A DNA stretch of 64,000 nt from Candidatus Falkowbacteria bacterium (GCA_037132255.1 JBAXPN010000001.1:17020-81019); one strand, 5' to 3'. Numbered from the stretch's first letter, positions 7,042-17,878 are shown. The notes: generated by a model not told the origin, from the sequence alone. Numbers and translations: made by a program.

Positions 7042-9789
7042 ATGTTAACTTATAAAATCATGAAAAGAAGTGGAATTCTAGTGGATTTTGCTTCCGAAAA
7101 AATTACGGCGGCGATTACTAATGCTATGGCCGTGACCAATAAAGAAGAAAAACTATCTCCGAGTGTTCTTACGGCTCTTGTTGAAGAAAAAATTCAAAAT
7201 AATTATATTAATCTTGATAAAGTTTTAAGTGTCGAAAACGTTCAAGATCTAGTTGAGGAAGCTTTAATGAGTGCTGGCGCCTATGAAGTCGCTCGTCAGT
7301 ATATTATTTACCGCTCTGAACACGAGAAGCAACGAGAACAGGAAAAGGAGAAGATTAGAGAAGAAATTAGTCAAAATTCTTTTAAGATTATAAATGATGA
7401 TGGCGCAGAGGAAAGATTCTCCGAAAATAAAATAAGAATAAAAATGACCGGAATGGTGCTTGGCCTAGATAATATAAATATCGATGCGATTATTAAAGAG
7501 ATCGAAAAGAATTTATATGAAGGAATTAAAGTCGCCGAACTCAAAAAAACAATTATAAACGCCGCGACCCAGTTAATTGAAAGACATTATAATTATGCCT
7601 TCTTGGCGGCCCGTCTGCTTTGGGATCAATTATATGAGGAAATTTTAGGTGACGATTATGATAAGGAATTATTAGGTGAAGACTTGAGCGCGAAAAAATA
7701 TCAGCAAGGGTTTATTGATTATGTAGCCGAGGGGATTGAATATCAATTACTTGATCCAGAGCTGGGAAATTTTGATTTGTTAAAACTAGCAGCTGCTCTA
7801 AAGAAAGAGCGTGATAATGAATTTCAGTATTTAGGCGCACAAACGGTTTATGATCGCTATCTTTTAAAGACACCGACAAAACCACGTCGCATATTTGAGC
7901 TTCCGCAATGGATGTGGATGCGAATCGCGATGGGGCTTGCTCTTAAGGAAACTAATCGCGAAGAAATGGCGATTGAATTCTATAATGTTATTTCCCAATT
8001 TTTACTCGTCCCGTCGACACCAACTCTATTTAATAGCGGCACGATTCACAGTCAACTTAGCTCCTGTTTTTTAAACACGGTCGACGATTCACTGATTGGT
8101 ATATTTAAATCATTTTCTGATGTGGCGCGCTTATCGAAATGGTCGGGCGGAGTTGGAACTGATTGGACCGCTGTTCGTTCAATGGGTTCTAAAATTAAAG
8201 GCACTAACGGCGACTCGCAGGGAATTATTCCGTTTGTGAAAATATTTAATGATATTGCGGTGGCTGTGAATCAAGGCGGAAAACGTCGGGGAGCTTTAGC
8301 TGCCTATCTTGAGGTTTGGCATAATGATATTGAAGAGTTTTTGGAACTTAAGAAAAACACCGGCGATGAACGCCGTCGCGCACATGACATTCATCCAGCT
8401 GTTTGGATTCCTGATTTATTTATGAAGCGTGTGCTTAGCGATGGCGTTTGGACATTATTTTCTCCGAGCGAAGTAAAAGAACTCCATGATTTATATGGAA
8501 AAAAATTTGAAGCAAAATATGAAGAATACGAGAAAGCTAATCTAGCTGGTGCGCGCCAAATTTCGGCCAAAGAATTATGGCGCAAAATATTAACCATGCT
8601 TTATGAAACCGGGCACCCTTGGATTACTTTTAAGGATCCCTGCAATTTACGCTCGCCACAGGATCATGTCGGCGTAATACATAATTCTAATTTATGCACC
8701 GAAATTACGCTTAATAATTCTGTAGACGAAGTGGCGGTTTGTAATTTAGCGAGTCTAAATTTAGCACGCATGATTAAAGACGGCGATTTGAATGAAGAGT
8801 TGATTGAAAAAACCGTGACGACTGGCATGCGCATGCTTGATAATGTTGTTGATATTAATTTTTATACGATTCCGGAAACCGAAAAATCAAATAATTTGCA
8901 TCGCCCAGTTGGGCTTGGCTTAATGGGTTATCAAGATGCGCTCTATCAATTAGAAATTGATTTCGCGAGTGAGAAAAATTTACAGTTTGCTGATCGTTCA
9001 ATGGAACTTGTCTCTTATCATGTATATTCTGCGAGTTCTGATTTAGCGAAAGAGCGTGGTTCATATGAAACATATCCAGGAAGTAAATGGAGCCGCGGAA
9101 TTCTGCCTATCGATACTCTGAAAATTCTTGAAACTGAGCGGGGAATGGACTTAACAATTGATAAGAACTTTAGTTTAGATTGGGAAGCGCTGCGTGAAAA
9201 AATAAAAGCGCAGGGAATGCGTAATTCTAATTGTATCGCCATTGCGCCAACAGCCACCATCTCAAATATTACGGGTGTTGCGCCTTGCGTTGAGCCGATA
9301 TTTAAGAATATTTATAGCAAGGAAAACATGTCCGGAAGTTTCTTGGTTATCAATAAATATTTAGTTGATGATTTAAGCGCGCAGAATTTATGGAATAAAC
9401 AAATTCTTGATTTAATTAAATATAATAATGGATCCGTCGCTAATATCCCTTCAATTCCGGTGAGACTAAAAAATAAATATCGGGAAACCTTTGAGATTGA
9501 TCCCTATTGGATAGTGCGTGCGGCCGCTTACCGCGGAAAATGGATTGACCAGAGCGCCTCAACCAATATTTTTATCTCGACTAGTAGTGGTAAAGTTTTA
9601 AGTGATTTATATCTCGACGCCTGGCGTGCCGGTCTTAAGACGACTTATTACTTGAGAACTCTAGCGGCTTCACAAATTGCGAAAACAATTGAAGCACCGG
9701 AAATACCGGTAGCGCTTGAGATGCCAGTAGCCGCTCCAATGCCGAAGGCCTGTCTAATTGATAATCCTGATTGTGAGGCCTGCCAATAA
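7042..9789 (+). CDS. nrdA: Ribonucleoside-diphosphate reductase alpha subunit (class I) with N-terminal ATP-cone
   Basis: ATP-cone start IMKRSGILVDFASEKI. Catalytic motifs SSCFL, NLCTEI, PTATIS. C-terminal redox Cys pair CEAC. Confidence 0.93.
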   Translation: MLTYKIMKRSGILVDFASEKITAAITNAMAVTNKEEKLSPSVLTALVEEKIQNNYINLDKVLSVENVQDLVEEALMSAGAYEVARQYIIYRSEHEKQREQEKEKIREEISQNSFKIINDDGAEERFSENKIRIKMTGMVLGLDNINIDAIIKEIEKNLYEGIKVAELKKTIINAATQLIERHYNYAFLAARLLWDQLYEEILGDDYDKELLGEDLSAKKYQQGFIDYVAEGIEYQLLDPELGNFDLLKLAAALKKERDNEFQYLGAQTVYDRYLLKTPTKPRRIFELPQWMWMRIAMGLALKETNREEMAIEFYNVISQFLLVPSTPTLFNSGTIHSQLSSCFLNTVDDSLIGIFKSFSDVARLSKWSGGVGTDWTAVRSMGSKIKGTNGDSQGIIPFVKIFNDIAVAVNQGGKRRGALAAYLEVWHNDIEEFLELKKNTGDERRRAHDIHPAVWIPDLFMKRVLSDGVWTLFSPSEVKELHDLYGKKFEAKYEEYEKANLAGARQISAKELWRKILTMLYETGHPWITFKDPCNLRSPQDHVGVIHNSNLCTEITLNNSVDEVAVCNLASLNLARMIKDGDLNEELIEKTVTTGMRMLDNVVDINFYTIPETEKSNNLHRPVGLGLMGYQDALYQLEIDFASEKNLQFADRSMELVSYHVYSASSDLAKERGSYETYPGSKWSRGILPIDTLKILETERGMDLTIDKNFSLDWEALREKIKAQGMRNSNCIAIAPTATISNITGVAPCVEPIFKNIYSKENMSGSFLVINKYLVDDLSAQNLWNKQILDLIKYNNGSVANIPSIPVRLKNKYRETFEIDPYWIVRAAAYRGKWIDQSASTNIFISTSSGKVLSDLYLDAWRAGLKTTYYLRTLAASQIAKTIEAPEIPVALEMPVAAPMPKACLIDNPDCEACQ

Positions 9790-9815
9790 TTATTAACGAT
9801 AAATAAAATAAATAT

Positions 9816-10862
9816 ATGGGAAGAATGATAGGAAAAATGAATACTTTATCTAACGCAGAGGTAATAAATCAGCGTAGAGTTATTAATGGTCAAGACGACG
9901 GCCTAATGCAACTCTCTCCGCTTAAGCATCCTTTCGCCGATGAAATATTTCGGACATCGCTCCAAAATAATTGGATGCCGCAGGAAGTAAATTTACAGGA
10001 AGATATTGAGCAATGGAAGAAGCCGAATTTTTTGTCCGAAAATGAAAAGCGGGTTTATAATCGCAGCTTGGCATTTATTTCCAATCTCGATGGTATCCAA
10101 ACCGGAAATTTAACAACCAATATAATTAATCAGATTACGTCACCGGAAATTATTTTAGCGGTTGTGCGTCAAGCCTATGAGGAAGCGTTGCACGTTCATA
10201 GCTATGCGACCATGATTGAAGCGCTTGGTTTTAATCCTGATGAAATTTACGGAATGTATAAAACGGATAAAGAATTATATTCTAAAAATGAATACGTGCT
10301 GAGAGCCATCAATAAAATTGGCGATCCAGCTTTCCAGACCGGCAATCTAGAGAATGATCAATTATTTTTAGAGGCTTGTGTCGGTAATGTTATTTTAGAA
10401 GGAATCTATTTCTATAGCGCATTCTTAAATTTCTATGTTCTACGCCGAAATAATAAAATGCCCGGGAGCGCGCAAATGATTCAATTTATTAACCGCGACG
10501 AAGATATGCATCTGCGCCTTTTTATTAATATTGTTAATACGATTAAGCAAGAGCAACCTGAACTTTGGACGCCGGAATTTCAGGCACGAATATCCGAAAA
10601 TATTAAAGGAGCCGTTGAACATGAACTTGATTGGGGTCTCTCTTGCATTCAAGACGGTATTCTTGGTTTAAATAAAGAGAACTTAACAAATTATTTACAC
10701 TTCGTCGGTGACTTAAGATTAAAAGCGCTGGGCCTAAGCAAAATCTGGAACGCAGAGAATCCTTTTGCTTGGCTTGATGAATTTACTCAAGGCAATATGA
10801 CCGAAAGTAATTTCTTTGAGTCAACCGTTAAAGAATACTCGACTGGTAGCTTAGAGTGGTAA
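9816..10862 (+). CDS. nrdB: Ribonucleoside-diphosphate reductase beta subunit (di-iron/tyrosyl radical)
   Basis: Iron ligand motifs EEALHVHSY and NRDEDMHL. Lies immediately downstream of nrdA. Alternative starts at 9825 and 9837. Confidence 0.9.
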   Translation: MGRMIGKMNTLSNAEVINQRRVINGQDDGLMQLSPLKHPFADEIFRTSLQNNWMPQEVNLQEDIEQWKKPNFLSENEKRVYNRSLAFISNLDGIQTGNLTTNIINQITSPEIILAVVRQAYEEALHVHSYATMIEALGFNPDEIYGMYKTDKELYSKNEYVLRAINKIGDPAFQTGNLENDQLFLEACVGNVILEGIYFYSAFLNFYVLRRNNKMPGSAQMIQFINRDEDMHLRLFINIVNTIKQEQPELWTPEFQARISENIKGAVEHELDWGLSCIQDGILGLNKENLTNYLHFVGDLRLKALGLSKIWNAENPFAWLDEFTQGNMTESNFFESTVKEYSTGSLEW

Positions 10863-10910
10863 GATGTATAGTATATAAAGAATATAAATACATCATTTAA
10901 TTATAATTTT

Positions 10911-12050
10911 ATGAAAGACGTCTATCAAGAGTCCGTCGACATGCACCGCGCGCATCAAGGTAAATTGGCGGTCGTCTCGAAAGTGAGTGTAAAAAATAAA
11001 GCTGATTTAAGTTTAGCTTATACTCCAGGAGTCGCCGAAGTTTGTCGCGTGATTGCGAAAGATAAAACGCAGACGCGTGAATTAACTTTAAAAGGAAATA
11101 CAGTCGCTGTTATTACTGACGGTAGCGCGATTTTAGGTTTGGGCAATCTCGGACCGGAAGCGGCGCTTCCAGTGATGGAAGGGAAATGTATTTTGTTTAA
11201 AGAATTTGCCGGCGTCGATGCTTTTCCGATTTGTCTTGATACTCAGGATACAGAAGAAATAATCAAAACCATAAAATATCTAGCACCAGTTTTTGGCGGT
11301 ATTAATCTTGAAGATATTTCTGCACCACGTTGTTTTGAAATTGAAGATCGTCTTAAAGCGGAGCTGAATATCCCGGTAATGCATGATGATCAGCACGGAA
11401 CAGCTACGGTTGTTTTAGCGGGTCTTATTAACGCGCTTAAAGTTCGGGGAATTGATAAAGAAACGGTAAAAGTTGTCTTAAATGGTTCGGGTGCGGCGGG
11501 AGCGACAATCGCGAAATTATTATTAGAGTACGGATTTAGAAATATTATTATTTGTGATCGTGAGGGAGCGATATACGAAGGTCGTCCTAATTTAAAAGAA
11601 GCAAAAAAACATTTAGCCGTCTTAACAAACCACGCAAAAATTATTGGTGGCCTAAAAGAAGCTGTTAAAGATGCAGATATATTTATCGGTGTTAGTGCGC
11701 CTGGAGTTTTGAGCGCTGATATGGTTCGCACAATGCATGAAAAGCCAATTATTTTTGCTCTTGCTAATCCAGTTCCAGAAATTATGCCAGAAGAAGCTAA
11801 AGCCGCCGGCGCCTATATAATTGCGAGCGGTCGCAGCGACTATCCGAATCAAATTAATAATGTTTTAGTTTTCCCGGGGATTTTTCGCGGAGCGCTTGAT
11901 AATAAAGTTCGACAGATAACGGACACGATGTTAATTAGAGCGGCAAAAAATTTAGCTGGCTTAATTAGCGAGCCGACCCCAGAATTAATTTTAGTTGACC
12001 CCTTTAATCCTGAGGCGGCTAAAGTCGTCGCGGCTGCGATTTATGAATAA
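10911..12050 (+). CDS. NAD(P)-dependent malic enzyme (short, ~380-aa type)
   Basis: AYTPGVAEVC, VITDGSAILGLGNLGPEAALPVMEGKCILFKEFAGVDAFPI, FGGINLEDISAPRCFEIE. Confidence 0.85.
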   Translation: MKDVYQESVDMHRAHQGKLAVVSKVSVKNKADLSLAYTPGVAEVCRVIAKDKTQTRELTLKGNTVAVITDGSAILGLGNLGPEAALPVMEGKCILFKEFAGVDAFPICLDTQDTEEIIKTIKYLAPVFGGINLEDISAPRCFEIEDRLKAELNIPVMHDDQHGTATVVLAGLINALKVRGIDKETVKVVLNGSGAAGATIAKLLLEYGFRNIIICDREGAIYEGRPNLKEAKKHLAVLTNHAKIIGGLKEAVKDADIFIGVSAPGVLSADMVRTMHEKPIIFALANPVPEIMPEEAKAAGAYIIASGRSDYPNQINNVLVFPGIFRGALDNKVRQITDTMLIRAAKNLAGLISEPTPELILVDPFNPEAAKVVAAAIYE

Positions 12051-12146
12051 AGTAGCTAAGCGCTTTAAAAGCCAGTCTAAACCCTAGTATTTTTTAAATA
12101 AATCTGCTACTCTATTTGGGTTATTAGAAATTAATTTTCGTAAAAT

Positions 12147-13601
12147 ATGGCAGAAGAAGTCGTCTTAAGATTTGATGAGGTAAAATTTGAATATTTAGTA
12201 AAGCGGCCAATTTTAGATGAGGCCTCTTTTAGCGTTCGTCGTGGCTCAAAAATGACTTTAATGGGGCAGAATGGTGCTGGCAAAAGTACTATTTTCGGTT
12301 TGATTAAAAAAGAATTAGAACCAAAGAGCGGACGTATCTCGCTTGAAAATGGTGCCACTATCGGTACGGCTCGTCAGACTATTGCGCGCGAAGATTTACC
12401 TTTAACTGTCCAAGCCTATTTTGAAACAGCCTTTACTGAAGTTCCGGGAAATATTAAAAGCCGGATTAATAAAGCGCTTGAAGCCGTTAATTTTGATATT
12501 CCGATTGATCGTATCGTTGGTGATTTATCCGGCGGTCAGCAAGCTCGTTTACTTCTAGCCTATTCTTTAATTCAGAGCCCGGACATTCTTTTGCTTGATG
12601 AGCCGACTAATAATTTAGATAAAGCGGGGATTGATCATTTAATTACATTCCTTGTCATGTATGATAAAACTGTTTTAGTTATTTCTCATGATGCCGATTT
12701 TTTAAATTGTTTTACTGAAGGAGTTATTTATTTAAATAACTTTACCCATAAAACAGAAATGTATGTCGGCGACTATTATTCAGTCGTCGAAGAAATTTCT
12801 CGTCGTGTCGAAAGGGAACAGAGAGAAAATGCGCAACTTGAGAAACAGATTAAAGATCGTAAAGAGAAAGTTAATTTTTTTGCCCATAAGGGAGGCAAGA
12901 TGCGTAAACTCGCCAAAAAATTAAAAGATGAAACGGAAGATTTAGAGGAAAATAAAGTTGAGGTTCGTCAGGAAGATAGAACGATTCGCGACTTTACGGT
13001 TCCAGTCCAAGATATTACCGGCGATATTGTTGTTTTAAGTAAGGTAAAAGTGATAAAAAATCACGAACCAATTTTAAAAGAAATAAATAAAACATTACGT
13101 AAGAAGGATCGCTTGTTAGTTGTTGGTCCGAACGGAATTGGAAAAAGTACATTGCTACGCTCACTTGTTGAAGGTAAACAAGAGGGCCAAACAATTGTCG
13201 ATGGCGTTCGCTTGGGGTATTATAGTCAAGATTTCTCGACTCTAAATTTTGATGAATCAGTTTTTGATTCTTTAAAAAATAGCATGGCCGACGGATTAGA
13301 CGAGCAAGATATGCGCTCGGTCGCATCGGGATTTTTAATAACTGGTGATTTAATGGGTCATAAAGTTGGCGCATTATCTGAAGGGCAGAAAGGACTATTA
13401 TCATTTGCTCGTTTAGTTTTAATGCAACCGGGGCTTCTTATTCTTGACGAGCCGACTAATCATATTAATTTCCGTCATATTCCTGTTATCGCTGAGGCGA
13501 TTAATAAATATGAAGGCGCACTAATAATGGTAAGCCATATGCCTGAGTTTGTTTCTGCAATTAAAATTACCGAAGAATTAGATTTAGGAAAACTTAAATA
13601 A
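12147..13601 (+). CDS. ABC-F family ATPase (two ABC domains, no TM domain)
   Basis: Walker A GQNGAGKST and GPNGIGKST. Signatures LSGGQQ and LSEGQK. Charged linker between the two domains. Confidence 0.85.
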   Translation: MAEEVVLRFDEVKFEYLVKRPILDEASFSVRRGSKMTLMGQNGAGKSTIFGLIKKELEPKSGRISLENGATIGTARQTIAREDLPLTVQAYFETAFTEVPGNIKSRINKALEAVNFDIPIDRIVGDLSGGQQARLLLAYSLIQSPDILLLDEPTNNLDKAGIDHLITFLVMYDKTVLVISHDADFLNCFTEGVIYLNNFTHKTEMYVGDYYSVVEEISRRVEREQRENAQLEKQIKDRKEKVNFFAHKGGKMRKLAKKLKDETEDLEENKVEVRQEDRTIRDFTVPVQDITGDIVVLSKVKVIKNHEPILKEINKTLRKKDRLLVVGPNGIGKSTLLRSLVEGKQEGQTIVDGVRLGYYSQDFSTLNFDESVFDSLKNSMADGLDEQDMRSVASGFLITGDLMGHKVGALSEGQKGLLSFARLVLMQPGLLILDEPTNHINFRHIPVIAEAINKYEGALIMVSHMPEFVSAIKITEELDLGKLK

Positions 13602-13660
13602 TACTGTAAGCCAAAAATAATCAAAAGCTCTAGCCACTCATCATAAAATATCAGTTAATT

Positions 13661-13690
13661 AAAAAGACCGTTTATAAGCGGTCTTTTGTG
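13661..13690. terminator. Bidirectional intrinsic terminator between convergent genes
   Basis: AAAAAGACCG-TTTATAAG-CGGTCTTTTGTG: 6-bp GC-rich stem flanked by an A-run and a T-run. Confidence 0.65.
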
Positions 13691-13715
13691 TTTACTGTCT
13701 TTAATCATTTAAATT

Positions 13716-15221
13716 TTATTTTTCCGTGCTATAGCCTAAGAAATCAAGGAACTCTTTCGCTGCTTCAATAACGAATTCAGTTTTTCTTTCGGCGGCCCCG
13801 GTATAGTTTTCGGGATGAGCAAAAAGTTGGCGGATTTCCTGTGGAATTTTTGTGAGTACTTCTACTAGCTCCATATCGTTGAGTGATGATTCCAGAGTCA
13901 AGGCTTCGTAAAGACTGATATTCAAGGCCTGCGCTTTCCCCATTAAGGTTTCGTTCACCAATTTATGGGCATCGCCAGTATATCCGTAGAGTTGCAGAGC
14001 AACGTAAATCGGCTCGGCCAGGATATAATTTTTTTGCAGTTCGAAATTCTTTTGCAGATTTTCATTGTTGACGACGATACGTTTAATAAATGGAACACCA
14101 TCTTTATTTTCCCGGAGGAGATTATCGAGTTGAAGTTGCAAATTTATTACGATAGTAGGGAAGTCCCGCATCACAGAACTATCGGTTAAATCACGCTGGT
14201 GTTCAGAAATCAAAGTTTCAAAAACCTTCATGAATTCAACTTTAGTTTTTTTCCAGGTGCCAACCAAATTTTCAAATATAATTGGATTTCTTTTGTGGGC
14301 CATAGTCGATGAACCAACCTGACCTTCAACGAATTCTTCCTGAATCTCGCCGATTTCCGTCCGCATGAGCTGCCGGCAATCATTTCCGAATTGCGCAATC
14401 GCGGCCGTCATCATTGTAACTGAAAAAAGGAAATAAGCCAGAGGTTCGGGGGGAACGATTTGGGTAGTAATTAGAGCCGGTTGCAGCTCAAGTCGACCAA
14501 GAACTTTTATCTCAAATTCTTCCGCGCTTTCGTATTCGTCGAGTCCTAAACCGACATAAGCATTCATCGCACCAACCGCACCAGAAATTTTTCCGACAAG
14601 TTCGTCGCTAGCTGAATCCATTTTTTCCCAATTATAAATAAGGCGATTTATAATTGTTGAGAGCCAGAAGCCAACGGTGATAGGGAGGGCATGTTGGCCA
14701 TGAGTACGGCCGATTTGTATTTGGGCTTTATATTGTTCAGCTAGTTCGACCAGGTGTTTCACCAGTTTTCCAATTTCCGGCGACAATACATTTTGGTAGG
14801 CTAATTTAAAGCGGAGTGCGGCGGCCGTATCAATCGGGTCGTAGCTCGTTAACATAACGTGAAGATACTGTTTGATTTGAGGCGGCAACTTGGCCTGAGC
14901 GATTTGGACAAAAGCACGGATATCGTGCTTGGTGACCTCGCGCTCATAGCGGTCAACCTCAGAAGTAACAATATTACTTAAGAGATTATAAGTGTCTTCA
15001 TTCAACTGTTCTCGCGCTTCTTCTGGCACAAGACCGGCAGAAATAAGAATCTCGATTAATTCTTCCAGGGCTGCGTATTCTACGCGTCCGATGTAGCCAT
15101 AAAGCTCATCGTAGCCGAAGAATGGTTTTAATGCGTTTGGTTGGTAGCGCGGGTTTCCCGGCATTTGCCAATTTGTCTTAACGCCGCTCGCGTCGGTCGC
15201 CTTCATGGGTTCTTTGGGCAT
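13716..15221 (-). CDS. purB: Adenylosuccinate lyase family protein (fumarate-lyase superfamily)
   Basis: Fumarate-lyase signature GSSTMAHKRNP. PurB-like N-terminal RY...E pattern. At 501 aa it is longer than a typical PurB. Confidence 0.7.
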   Translation of the reverse strand: MPKEPMKATDASGVKTNWQMPGNPRYQPNALKPFFGYDELYGYIGRVEYAALEELIEILISAGLVPEEAREQLNEDTYNLLSNIVTSEVDRYEREVTKHDIRAFVQIAQAKLPPQIKQYLHVMLTSYDPIDTAAALRFKLAYQNVLSPEIGKLVKHLVELAEQYKAQIQIGRTHGQHALPITVGFWLSTIINRLIYNWEKMDSASDELVGKISGAVGAMNAYVGLGLDEYESAEEFEIKVLGRLELQPALITTQIVPPEPLAYFLFSVTMMTAAIAQFGNDCRQLMRTEIGEIQEEFVEGQVGSSTMAHKRNPIIFENLVGTWKKTKVEFMKVFETLISEHQRDLTDSSVMRDFPTIVINLQLQLDNLLRENKDGVPFIKRIVVNNENLQKNFELQKNYILAEPIYVALQLYGYTGDAHKLVNETLMGKAQALNISLYEALTLESSLNDMELVEVLTKIPQEIRQLFAHPENYTGAAERKTEFVIEAAKEFLDFLGYSTEK

Positions 15222-15328
15222 CGTTGTTGTTTTTTGGGTTTAACTTAGGAGATTTCTATGGATTTATTACATTTAATTGTTAAGGTAATGAAATAATTTA
15301 TCATTTGAATGTATTTTTGTCAATAATT

Positions 15329-15337
15329 TGGTATAAT
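15329..15337 (+). promoter_or_regulatory. Extended -10 box TGGTATAAT
   Basis: Lies 28 nt upstream of ATG 15366. Confidence 0.4.
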
Positions 15338-15365
15338 TATCGTAAGATAGATATTATAAATATAT

Positions 15366-15881
15366 ATGAAAAAAAATATAGTATTACCAATGCTTTTAGG
15401 AGCTTTAATCTTTATTGTTAGCGGTTGTGGAGCGAAAAAGGTTAATCTCGAACCAATGGTCGACCCTTCGGTTACACAAGAAGTCGTTCCCTCAGTAAAG
15501 ACGGTAGAAACAAAAGCGGAAGCAACAAAAACAGCCGTTAGTGCGGCCGGAGAAACTGATAAGATGGTTAGTTGCGGGAGCGACCGAACTTGTTTTATGA
15601 ATCAATTTTTAGAGTGTTTGCCGTCAGAATTTAAAATAATAACAGGGGATGGAGAAAAACAACTAAACATTATCGGCTTAGCTGGCAGTCATTGTTATTT
15701 TCAGGGTGGACTTTATAAAGATGGTCTTCTAATTGGTTCAGGCATAAGTTGTAGTATGCCGAAGAATCTAATAACTAATGACGTCTTTAATCATTTTTTT
15801 GGACAGGATACAGCCCTTGGCAAAGAGGATATAAAATCGGAACAAGATAGAATTCAAGATGAATATTGTAATGCTATTTAA
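15366..15881 (+). CDS. Cys-rich lipoprotein, unknown function
   Basis: Signal peptide with lipobox IVSGC. Mature part has six further Cys residues. Confidence 0.6.
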   Translation: MKKNIVLPMLLGALIFIVSGCGAKKVNLEPMVDPSVTQEVVPSVKTVETKAEATKTAVSAAGETDKMVSCGSDRTCFMNQFLECLPSEFKIITGDGEKQLNIIGLAGSHCYFQGGLYKDGLLIGSGISCSMPKNLITNDVFNHFFGQDTALGKEDIKSEQDRIQDEYCNAI

Positions 15882-15889
15882 ATTTAGAT

Positions 15890-16699
15890 TTAAATAACGT
15901 CGAGAATCATAACTAGAATATAAAGCAGTAGAAGAATAGCTCCGCCGAGAACACCGGCAAAAATTTTCTCTTGGCTAATCTGTGATTGTAATAATTCATC
16001 GGTCACCGGATAGCGACTTTCAATTTTTTGAAACCAACGGCGAGAAAATATTTTTTCCATAAACCACTCACTTTTGTTTACAAAATAAACCCAAATGCTT
16101 TGGCCCTTCTTCTTGATTAACCAATAGGCGGCAAAAGCGATGAGGGCTAGCCCGATGATAATAAATAAGCGGCTAGACCCTTTTTTAATAATAACGGCGA
16201 TAATATTTCCCGAAAAATAACCGAGACCAACATTATAGACGGCCCAACCGAGAGCGCTTAGGGCATTCCAAAAGAAAAAAGAACGCGCTTTCATTTTTGA
16301 GGTTCCGGCAACGAAGGGAACGACAGCGCGGGTTGCGCCGATAAATCTTCCCCAGAATATACTTTTATTGCCGTGACGACGAAAAAAGTCTTCACCCTTG
16401 TCGATTGTTTCTTGTTTAATGAGTTTTTTTCTGATAAGCCATTTCGAGCCCCAGCGACCGAGGGAATATCCGGAATAGTCGCCGATAATCGCACCGACAA
16501 TCGAAAAAACAAAAACATCCCAGACATTAAAATAGCCTTGGGCGGCAAAGAAGGCGGCAATAGAGATTAATGTTCCACCCGGGAAAATGCTACCCACAAT
16601 CGGGATGCATTCGGTTAGCGCAATAAATAAAAACAGCCAGTTACCTAACCAGCCGAACTTATTTAATATTGAGAGAAAGAAATCAGTATTTTTATTCAT
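15890..16699 (-). CDS. DedA/SNARE-associated family membrane protein
   Basis: FFRRHGNKSIFWGRFIGATRAVVPFVAGTSKM is the DedA hallmark. Multiple TM helices. Confidence 0.8.
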   Translation of the reverse strand: MNKNTDFFLSILNKFGWLGNWLFLFIALTECIPIVGSIFPGGTLISIAAFFAAQGYFNVWDVFVFSIVGAIIGDYSGYSLGRWGSKWLIRKKLIKQETIDKGEDFFRRHGNKSIFWGRFIGATRAVVPFVAGTSKMKARSFFFWNALSALGWAVYNVGLGYFSGNIIAVIIKKGSSRLFIIIGLALIAFAAYWLIKKKGQSIWVYFVNKSEWFMEKIFSRRWFQKIESRYPVTDELLQSQISQEKIFAGVLGGAILLLLYILVMILDVI

Positions 16700-16732
16700 A
16701 CTTGTATATTATAGCAGATTGCTAGTAAAAGA

Positions 16733-16741
16733 TGCTATAAT
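16733..16741 (+). promoter_or_regulatory. Extended -10 box TGCTATAAT
   Basis: Lies 45 nt upstream of ATG 16787. Confidence 0.4.
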
Positions 16742-16786
16742 ATAATAAATATTAAAACATTAGCCGAATAATACCCTTATATAATT

Positions 16787-17878
16787 ATGAAAATATTAAT
16801 AGTCGTTACTAAATCAGAACTTGGTGGTGCTCAGGTTTTTGCGCTTAATTTAGCACGCGGGCTTAAAGCGCGCGGAGAGGATGTAACAATCGCCGGCGGT
16901 CCGGGTGAGTATTTGCCCGAAGCTTTAGCGAAGTCAGATATTCCTTTTTATCGTTTTCAAAATCTAGAGCGAAGTTATAATCCTTTGAAAGTTTTTAAAT
17001 TTATTAAGGAGTTAAAAGATTACGTTAAAAATAACGGCTTCGAAGTCGTGCATTTAAATAGTACTAATGCGCTCTTCGGAGTTTGGGGTTTAGCAGGTTT
17101 GAAACCGAGCCCAAAAATTGTTTTTACGGTTCATGGTTTATCTTTCCTTGATCCAAATCACCGCACGAATTTTATTATTAGTTTCGCTTATCAATTTCTT
17201 TTTAAAACAGCTTGGAAAAAAATTACGCGCCTAGTTTTTGTTAGTCGCCTGAATTATGCGAGCGTTTTAAAGCGTGGCTTGGCAAAAACAGGAGAGCTTA
17301 TTTATAATGGCCTCGATTTAAGGAGTGAGTATTTTGAGGGAAGAGAGGAAGCGCGGAAGTATCTCGGTACTCAAGTCGGCAGTGATTTAAGTAATGCCTA
17401 TATAGTTGGCTCAATTGGTCGCCTCGCTTATCCGAAGAATTATGAATTTTTAATTAATTCATTTACCGAAATTAAAAAATTAAAACCCAACGCAAAAATT
17501 ATTCTAATCGGCGAAGGGCCGGAGCGGGCGAAATATGAAACTCTAATTAAGTCTTACCGCTACGAAAAAGAGGTTTATCTCTTGGGAGAAATACAAGAAG
17601 CCGGGCGCTATTTAAGAGCCTTTGATTTATTTGTACTTCCTTCAGTCTTTGAAGGAATGTCCCTGAGCTTAATGGAAGCGCTCGCCGCCGGTGTTCCGGC
17701 AATTGCGAGTCGCGTCGGCGGGAGTGAAGAGATTATCGGTATCGAGAATTGCTTCGCGCTTAATAATAAGGCAGAGTTTTTAGAGAAATTAGTTTCTGTT
17801 AAACTAAAAAAAGTCGAAGATAATCTCTTCACTCAAGAAAAGATGGTTGAGGGATATCGAAATTTATATTTAAGCTAG
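16787..17878 (+). CDS. Glycosyltransferase family 4 (GT-B)
   Basis: N-terminal GGAQVF and C-terminal PSVFEGMSLSLMEALAAGVPAIASRVGG (E-x7-E region). Confidence 0.8.
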   Translation: MKILIVVTKSELGGAQVFALNLARGLKARGEDVTIAGGPGEYLPEALAKSDIPFYRFQNLERSYNPLKVFKFIKELKDYVKNNGFEVVHLNSTNALFGVWGLAGLKPSPKIVFTVHGLSFLDPNHRTNFIISFAYQFLFKTAWKKITRLVFVSRLNYASVLKRGLAKTGELIYNGLDLRSEYFEGREEARKYLGTQVGSDLSNAYIVGSIGRLAYPKNYEFLINSFTEIKKLKPNAKIILIGEGPERAKYETLIKSYRYEKEVYLLGEIQEAGRYLRAFDLFVLPSVFEGMSLSLMEALAAGVPAIASRVGGSEEIIGIENCFALNNKAEFLEKLVSVKLKKVEDNLFTQEKMVEGYRNLYLS

